The notes below the pieces were generated by a model. The model searched no databases. It was not told the DNA's origin and worked only from the letters and a program-made list of their open reading frames with translations. From an uncultured bacterium (lineage in GTDB: Bacteria; Lernaellota; Lernaellaia; Lernaellales; Lernaellaceae): a DNA stretch of 20,460 nt. Where the stretch lies: NCBI GenBank assembly GCA_964534375.1, contig CAZHPN010000103.1:1-20460 (forward strand). Reading direction: 5' to 3'. The position numbers and the translations under genes were made by a program. Below are positions 15,488-20,460 of the stretch, piece by piece. Each line of letters opens with the position of its first letter. Within the stretch, counting starts at the first letter, position 1.

Positions 15488-17175
15488 CCGAGCCGACCGC
15501 GCCCAAAGACGACCGGCGTCTCGTCTACGGCCTGCTCGCTGTCGGCATGGCCGTGTTCTTCGGCGAGCAGTTGTTCTATTTCCATTATTATCATAATTAT
15601 CCGCAACTGACGTACGGCATCCTGCATCTGACGCAGCAGATCGATTGGGAAAGCGAAAGGCTTTTTGCGCACGTTTTTCGCACCAACTACTACCCGCCGC
15701 TGTACGACGTGTTCATGGACGTCGCCTATCGCACGCTCGGCTGCGATTACCAACGCATTGTGCTGGCGCAGGCCGTCTGCTTCCTGCTCGCCGCGTTCTA
15801 TCTGACGCGGCTGGCCCGCCTGGCCGGCCTGGGCCCCTACGCCTTTGCGCCGGGCATCTTGCTGCTGGTCTCGGTGGTCGGCATCCCCCTGATGCAAAAT
15901 TTCGCGATCGAAAGCCTGCTGCCGCTGCCGATCGTCGCCTATGCGTTCCATCTGGTCGCCGCCGACAAGTTCCGCCAGCGCCGGCACGCCGTCCTCGCCG
16001 GGGTCTGGGGCGGCCTCGGCATGCTGACCAAGTGGTCGTTCGTGTTTTACACCGTCGGGCTGACGCTCTGGGTCGTCGCCGGCGCGTTTTACAACGCGGA
16101 CGCGCGCGGCTTCAAACGGCTGAACGGGCGCCAGGCGGCGAACCTGGGCCTCTGGGCCGGCGCGGCGCTGGTCGTCGCCGGCTGGTGGTACGCGCTCTAT
16201 CTGCCGTGGGATTTTTTCTTCAAGACGTCGGTGAACGATCCGAACCAATTGCTGCCGCGCTGGCTGGCCGACGCCGTCGGTTTCTGCGCGTGGTGTCCCG
16301 ATTGGGATTTCCACATCTTCCCCCAGTGGCTGTTCGAAGGCCGCTGGACCGACATCGGCTACACGATCTGCCGCCTGCAATTGGCGGAGGTCGCCGCGCT
16401 CGCCCTGCTGCTGGCGCCGAGGCGCGGCCGGGCGCTCGGGCTGACGTTGCTGACGGTCATCCTGCCCGGGGCGATCTTCGTCAGTTTTCCGCACACCGAG
16501 GCGCGCTATTACTGGCCGATCGCCGCGGCGTTTTCGTTTTGCGCGGCGCTGCCGCTCGCGCACATCCGGCGGAATTGGGTGAAGATCCCGTATCTCGCGG
16601 CCATCTGGGCGATGGCGCTCTCGGGCTTCGTCATCAACGTGCAGGATCGCTGGCGGCCGGTGTTCAACAACAACGGCTCGGAACAACTCGTGAAGTTCAT
16701 CGAGACCTGCGCGCCCCGGCGGCCGAACCGGCCGGTGATGATGGCCTCGCATCCGCTGTGGGACAACCAGCACATCAAAGATTACAACATCAAGTACTAC
16801 TTGCGCCGCCACAACTTGTGGGACAAACGGTTCTACATCGACCGGCACTATTTCTTTTACTATTCGCTTTTCCACGAAAACCTGCTGAACGGCAAATATG
16901 ACATCGTGTTCACCGATTGCGGCCCGGCGAATGATTGCATGCACACGCGCACGGACTTCGTGCAAGGATTGGCGCACCAGTCGCAGACGGCGCCGTTCGT
17001 CGATATGGCCTCCGGCAAACCGGTCGGGGCGTTCGGCGATACGGAATTGCAGGACGACATCGCCCACCTGGCGACCCGGTACCGGCCGTTCTTGAAATTT
17101 CCTCTGGCCGACGGCTCCTGCACCCGCGTCTGGATGAAACCCGAACTGTTCCTGCCGCGGCGGCCCGGCCGATGA
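15484..17175 (+). CDS. GT-C fold (ArnT/PMT_2-like) membrane glycosyltransferase, paralog 2
   Basis: YYPPLY, LGMLTKWSF, GWWY, EARYYWP. ATGA overlap with paralog 1 gives the start MTEPTAPK. Confidence 0.78.
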   Translation: MTEPTAPKDDRRLVYGLLAVGMAVFFGEQLFYFHYYHNYPQLTYGILHLTQQIDWESERLFAHVFRTNYYPPLYDVFMDVAYRTLGCDYQRIVLAQAVCFLLAAFYLTRLARLAGLGPYAFAPGILLLVSVVGIPLMQNFAIESLLPLPIVAYAFHLVAADKFRQRRHAVLAGVWGGLGMLTKWSFVFYTVGLTLWVVAGAFYNADARGFKRLNGRQAANLGLWAGAALVVAGWWYALYLPWDFFFKTSVNDPNQLLPRWLADAVGFCAWCPDWDFHIFPQWLFEGRWTDIGYTICRLQLAEVAALALLLAPRRGRALGLTLLTVILPGAIFVSFPHTEARYYWPIAAAFSFCAALPLAHIRRNWVKIPYLAAIWAMALSGFVINVQDRWRPVFNNNGSEQLVKFIETCAPRRPNRPVMMASHPLWDNQHIKDYNIKYYLRRHNLWDKRFYIDRHYFFYYSLFHENLLNGKYDIVFTDCGPANDCMHTRTDFVQGLAHQSQTAPFVDMASGKPVGAFGDTELQDDIAHLATRYRPFLKFPLADGSCTRVWMKPELFLPRRPGR

Positions 17176-17212
17176 ACCGCGGACGGGGCCGAGCGACGGA
17201 GACGAGAACGCC

Positions 17213-18304
17213 ATGAACGAGGCGGGCGGTTCCCGAAAGAAACGGCGAGGCGGCCGCCGGCCGCGGATCTGGATGCTCTTGTTCGGCATCGCGGTCGGTT
17301 TCTTGTTCGCGGAAGCCGTCGTGCGCATCGGCGGTTTCGATTGGCGCTACATCCGCAAAATCGCGTTTTATCAGGATGTCGATCTGCCCAGCCACGAGGC
17401 CGTCGCGGATCCGAATATCCGGTTTCGCTTCAAGCCCGGCACGGCGGTGGATTACGGCCGCTACAAGGTGACCATCAATTCGTTGGGCTTTCGCAGCCCC
17501 GAGCGGCCGGCGGCCAAACCCGCCGGCGTGTACCGCATTCTCTGCGTCGGCGGTTCGAACGTGTACGGCGCCAACCTCAACGACGACGAAACCTGGCCGG
17601 CGCAACTGGAAAAAAAGTTGAACGCGCTGCCGGGCGGCGGCTGCTATGAGGTCTGGAACCTGGGCGTGTCGGCTCAAGGCGGCCGGCAGCACGCGGCGCT
17701 CGCCGCCGAGGCGATCGAGCGCATCCACCCGGATCTGGTGATCGTCAGCCCGAGCAACTCCGGCATCATGCCGTTTCTCAAGGGCGGACCGGTCGAGACC
17801 TATTTCGAACGCGATCCGCTTCTCTGGCGGAATATCGTCGTCGGAGCCGAACTTCCGCTTCCGCCGCTGTTGTCGGTCGACGCCAAGGCGTGGCTCGCGC
17901 GGCACGTGCGGCTCTATCGTTTGGCGCTGCTGGCGTGGGTCGACAAGAAGGTCGCCAAGCCGACCGAAGTCGGCGGCGGACAATACGAGGACCAAAACGT
18001 GAAGGCCGTGCGCAAACTGCTGATCGACTACCGGCGCCAAACGCGCTTCGCGTTTTTCCTCTGCCCGCACCAATTCTGCCAGGAACCGGACGGCGACCAC
18101 AAACGCCGCTACACGAGCGCGACCAACGCGCCGGTGCTGTCGCTCGAAGCGGCGGACAAGCCGCCCGAATACCGCGAAATCCATCCGCCGGCTTACGTGA
18201 TGACCTGGTACGCCGACAACATCGCCGATTGGCTGCGGCAGCAGGGCCTCGCGCCGGCCTGCGCCGGCCCGGCCGTTCTTGCGCCGGCGGCGGCCGTTCG
18301 CTAG
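17213..18304 (+). CDS. Membrane-anchored SGNH/GDSL-like hydrolase or acyltransferase
   Basis: Basic N-terminus plus TM (..FAEAVVR), INSLGFR, RILCVGGSNVYG (block I), VWNLGVSA (block II), PDLVIV, IHP (block V). Confidence 0.8.
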   Translation: MNEAGGSRKKRRGGRRPRIWMLLFGIAVGFLFAEAVVRIGGFDWRYIRKIAFYQDVDLPSHEAVADPNIRFRFKPGTAVDYGRYKVTINSLGFRSPERPAAKPAGVYRILCVGGSNVYGANLNDDETWPAQLEKKLNALPGGGCYEVWNLGVSAQGGRQHAALAAEAIERIHPDLVIVSPSNSGIMPFLKGGPVETYFERDPLLWRNIVVGAELPLPPLLSVDAKAWLARHVRLYRLALLAWVDKKVAKPTEVGGGQYEDQNVKAVRKLLIDYRRQTRFAFFLCPHQFCQEPDGDHKRRYTSATNAPVLSLEAADKPPEYREIHPPAYVMTWYADNIADWLRQQGLAPACAGPAVLAPAAAVR

Positions 18305-18342
18305 ATTGCCGTCAATTGCACAGTTCGCCCGGGAGGCGGCCG

Positions 18343-19695
18343 ATTTCTCCACCCCGCAAACATAAACTCGCCCGGCTGTTGCTCTTTCAAGCGGCGGCGC
18401 TGTTGCTGTTCTTTCTCGTTCTCGAAGGGGTCAGCCGGCTGATCGCGCCGCGAATGGCCGGCGATGCGATGCTGGCGCACCCCGGGTCGATCGAAGGGCT
18501 GCTGCGCGACGGCAACAACCCCACGTTGCAGCAGTACATCGACTGCCGTTGCGCCGACGGCGGCGGCTGCCGGCTCACGGGAGCGTTTCGCAACCAGAGT
18601 TTCCCGTGCGCGCCGGCCGCCGGCGAACGCCGCTTCCTTTTTTTGGGCGAATCCAGCGTGTTCGGCGACCGGCTGGCCGACGATGAGACGATCCCCGTGG
18701 AAACCCAAAGCGTGCTGCGCGCCCGCGGCTTTCGGGTCGAGGCGATCAACGGCGGCGTCTCCGGCATCAACATGGTCGATATCCTGCAAATCCTCAAAGA
18801 TCTGGCGCCGCAGACGCATCCGGAGGCCGCGATCCTTTACACGGGCCATAACGAGACGTATCCGCTGCACGCCAACCGCAACGACTTCGCCTTCGCCATC
18901 AATTTCCCCCATTCGCGCTGGACGATGCCGTTGTATCAGCACCTCGCCTCGTTGCGTTTGGGCGTGTTCAGTTATCACCATTACAAATGGCGCCGGCGGC
19001 CGTTCCCGGCGCGCACCTCGGTCGCCGATTTCGTCGAAGAAGCGGCCCGGGCGGCGACGGTGGATGAAGGGCAGTTCCACCGCCTGCAGGAGCACAAACG
19101 GCTGACGATCGTCGCGGCGTGCAGCCACCTCGAACGCATTATCGGTTACTGCCAGCGCAGCGGCGTCAAAATGCTGGTGTGCCTGCCGACCTCCAATCGC
19201 CTGCAGCCGACGATCTCCTCGATTCATGGGCCGGATTATCTCAAAAACAAAATCCGCTGGGACCAAACCGCGCGCCAGCTCAAAGCCGCGATGGACGAGC
19301 AGAACGAGCCGCTGGCGCTCGCCGTCGCCGACGAACTGCTGCAATTGGACCCGCACTACGCCCTGATTTACTACATCAAAGGCCTGACCCTGATCCGTTT
19401 GGGCCGCGCCGCGGAATCGCGGCCGTTCTTCGATCAAATGCTCGAAGAGATTTATGTCTACAAAGGGATTCCCGAGCCCGAGGGCGCGCCGCCGTCGCTG
19501 GCGCGCGCGCTGGCCGAGACCGCCGCGCACGCCGGCGTGCCGGTGTGGGACGCCGGACGGGCGGTTCGCGGCGGCGACAACCCAGAAAACGACCTGACGC
19601 TGTTCCAGGATTTCGTGCATTTCCGTCCGGCAGGCACGCGGAAGTTCGGCGCCGCGCTGGCCGACTATCTAGAGAAAGAAGGCTGGGTGAAATAG
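18343..19695 (+). CDS. Membrane-anchored SGNH/GDSL-like protein with TPR-like insertion (start codon uncertain)
   Basis: TM (..LVLEGVSR), FLFLGESSVFG, AINGGVSG, YTGHNE, DFVHF, and TPR-like DPHYALIYYIKGLTLIRLGRAAESRPFF. The start must precede the TM: ATT 18343 after SD GGGAGG, or TTG 18316. Confidence 0.8.
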   Translation: MSPPRKHKLARLLLFQAAALLLFFLVLEGVSRLIAPRMAGDAMLAHPGSIEGLLRDGNNPTLQQYIDCRCADGGGCRLTGAFRNQSFPCAPAAGERRFLFLGESSVFGDRLADDETIPVETQSVLRARGFRVEAINGGVSGINMVDILQILKDLAPQTHPEAAILYTGHNETYPLHANRNDFAFAINFPHSRWTMPLYQHLASLRLGVFSYHHYKWRRRPFPARTSVADFVEEAARAATVDEGQFHRLQEHKRLTIVAACSHLERIIGYCQRSGVKMLVCLPTSNRLQPTISSIHGPDYLKNKIRWDQTARQLKAAMDEQNEPLALAVADELLQLDPHYALIYYIKGLTLIRLGRAAESRPFFDQMLEEIYVYKGIPEPEGAPPSLARALAETAAHAGVPVWDAGRAVRGGDNPENDLTLFQDFVHFRPAGTRKFGAALADYLEKEGWVK

Positions 19696-19777
19696 CGGGG
19701 GCGTCGCGCCCATGCGCGCTCGGTTAAGGACTTCGGCGCATCGAACAAGAATTTGCGTTGACTTTTTCCCGCGCAGA

Positions 19778-19833
19778 CCCCTCGCCCGGCCACGCTCGGC
19801 GTGGCCGGGCCCCTCCCCGCCGCGGAGAGGGGC
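19778..19833. repeat. Double-hairpin REP-like element (CCCCTC..CCC..CCCTC..GAGGGG type)
   Basis: Stem 1: GCCCGGCCACG (19784-19794) with CGTGGCCGGGC (19800-19810). Stem 2: GCCCCTC (19809-19815) with GAGGGGC (19827-19833). Confidence 0.7.
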
Positions 19834-19893
19834 GGTCCGAGCGCCCCGACGGCGCGCAGCCCGGATCACGTAGATACGCGTGAACCTAAAAGA

Positions 19894-19941
19894 ATGGGTC
19901 CCATCGGTCCCATGTTGTCCCATGCGTCCCATAATTCCCAC
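19894..19941. repeat. Short tandem repeat with GTCCCAT core, period 9-10 nt, about 5 units
   Basis: GTCCCAT at 19898, 19907, 19917 and 19926, and degenerate TTCCCAC at 19935. Confidence 0.8.
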
Positions 19942-20139
19942 CAGAGTGTTGCGGGCCTTAATCCGGCGCGTATGGGCAGAATATCCGTTGATTCGTCCTG
20001 GCAACGCTGCTGAGACCCAGTGATTTATGCGCTCCGGGCACAGGTTGTAACCACGCAAAATCATTACGAATCAAATCTGATTTTTTTGGATTCGCCCTGT
20101 GCGCCGCGCAAATAATAAATGCAACGGTGCAGATTTCTC

Positions 20140-20170
20140 TTGACGCCCCCCCCCCCTGTTAACTTATGGT
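20140..20170 (+). promoter_or_regulatory. Candidate sigma70 promoter with a poly-C (C11) spacer
   Basis: TTGACG (20140-20145), C11 (20146-20156), TGTTAACTTATGGT. Candidate -10 boxes: TAACTT (14-nt spacer, preceded by TGn) and TATGGT (19-nt spacer). Confidence 0.55.
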
Positions 20171-20338
20171 CGCCCCCAAGAGCCGACCGCACCACGATTT
20201 TTCACCAAAGAACCTCGGCGAAGGCGTCCTTGTATTCACGCGCCACGGCGACCCCACATCGCCTTGGCGATTGGGGATCGACGAGGCATTCGTTGTGGCC
20301 GATTTGCAAAAAACCACTTTTCGGATTAAGGAGGATCT

Positions 20339-20460
20339 ATGCTTACGGATTACTATCTTGACGCGGTTCACGGCAGTGACTCAAACGCATCGCCGGTTCT
20401 GGACATCCATCGGATCCTCGCCGACCGAGTGGAGCGACCCGGATTATTGTCAGGGGAACG
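20339..20460 (+). CDS. 5' end of an unknown protein (runs off window)
   Basis: Perfect SD TAAGGAGG (20327-20334), 4 nt before ATG 20339. The frame is open to the window end: MLTDYYLDAVHGSDSNASPVLDIHRILADRVERPGLLSGE. Confidence 0.7.
   Translation, partial: MLTDYYLDAVHGSDSNASPVLDIHRILADRVERPGLLSGE

Noticed and set aside
17890..18315. N-terminal extension of the second SGNH ORF as given in the ORF track
   Set aside because: Overlaps the upstream SGNH gene by about 400 nt with off-frame-like composition. The same applies to the track's extended starts for nuoD, nuoJ, nuoK and GT paralog 2.
19894..19941. Possible CRISPR array
   Set aside because: Units are only 9-10 nt with no spacers, and there are no cas genes in the window.
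20005..20045. CTGAGA motif suggesting a TPP riboswitch
   Set aside because: The other TPP elements (ACCTGA, GNTAAT..GCG.AGG) and the required stems are absent.
19669..20371. Short ORFs 19669-20064(-), 19801-20013(+), 20119-20361(+), 20159-20371(-)
   Set aside because: They run through repeats, the poly-C tract and hairpins, with no convincing SD or protein-like composition.

Overview
High-GC bacterial window; the gene style suggests a deltaproteobacteria-like lineage, which is inference only. From left to right: the 5' end of a minus-strand lipoprotein gene with a sigma54-type promoter; a divergent APC-family amino acid permease; a palindromic/tandem-repeat spacer; and a sigma70-driven complex I-like operon nuoA-B-C-D-[HATPase_c]-H-I-J-K-L-M-N. 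The operon lacks nuoEFG, and a stand-alone, Cys-rich histidine-kinase-like ATPase gene sits where those genes normally lie. Next come a CxxC redoxin and a surface-modification cassette (two tandem paralogous GT-C/ArnT-like membrane glycosyltransferases and two membrane-anchored SGNH-like proteins). The window ends with a repeat-rich spacer, a candidate promoter with a C11 tract between -35 and -10, and the start of an unknown gene. Most notable: the HATPase in place of the N-module, unusual cysteines in NuoD, a fossil second nuoA 3' end overlapping the nuoB start, a possible ATT start codon, and a possibly phase-variable poly-C promoter. All assignments come from reading motifs by eye; no searches were run.
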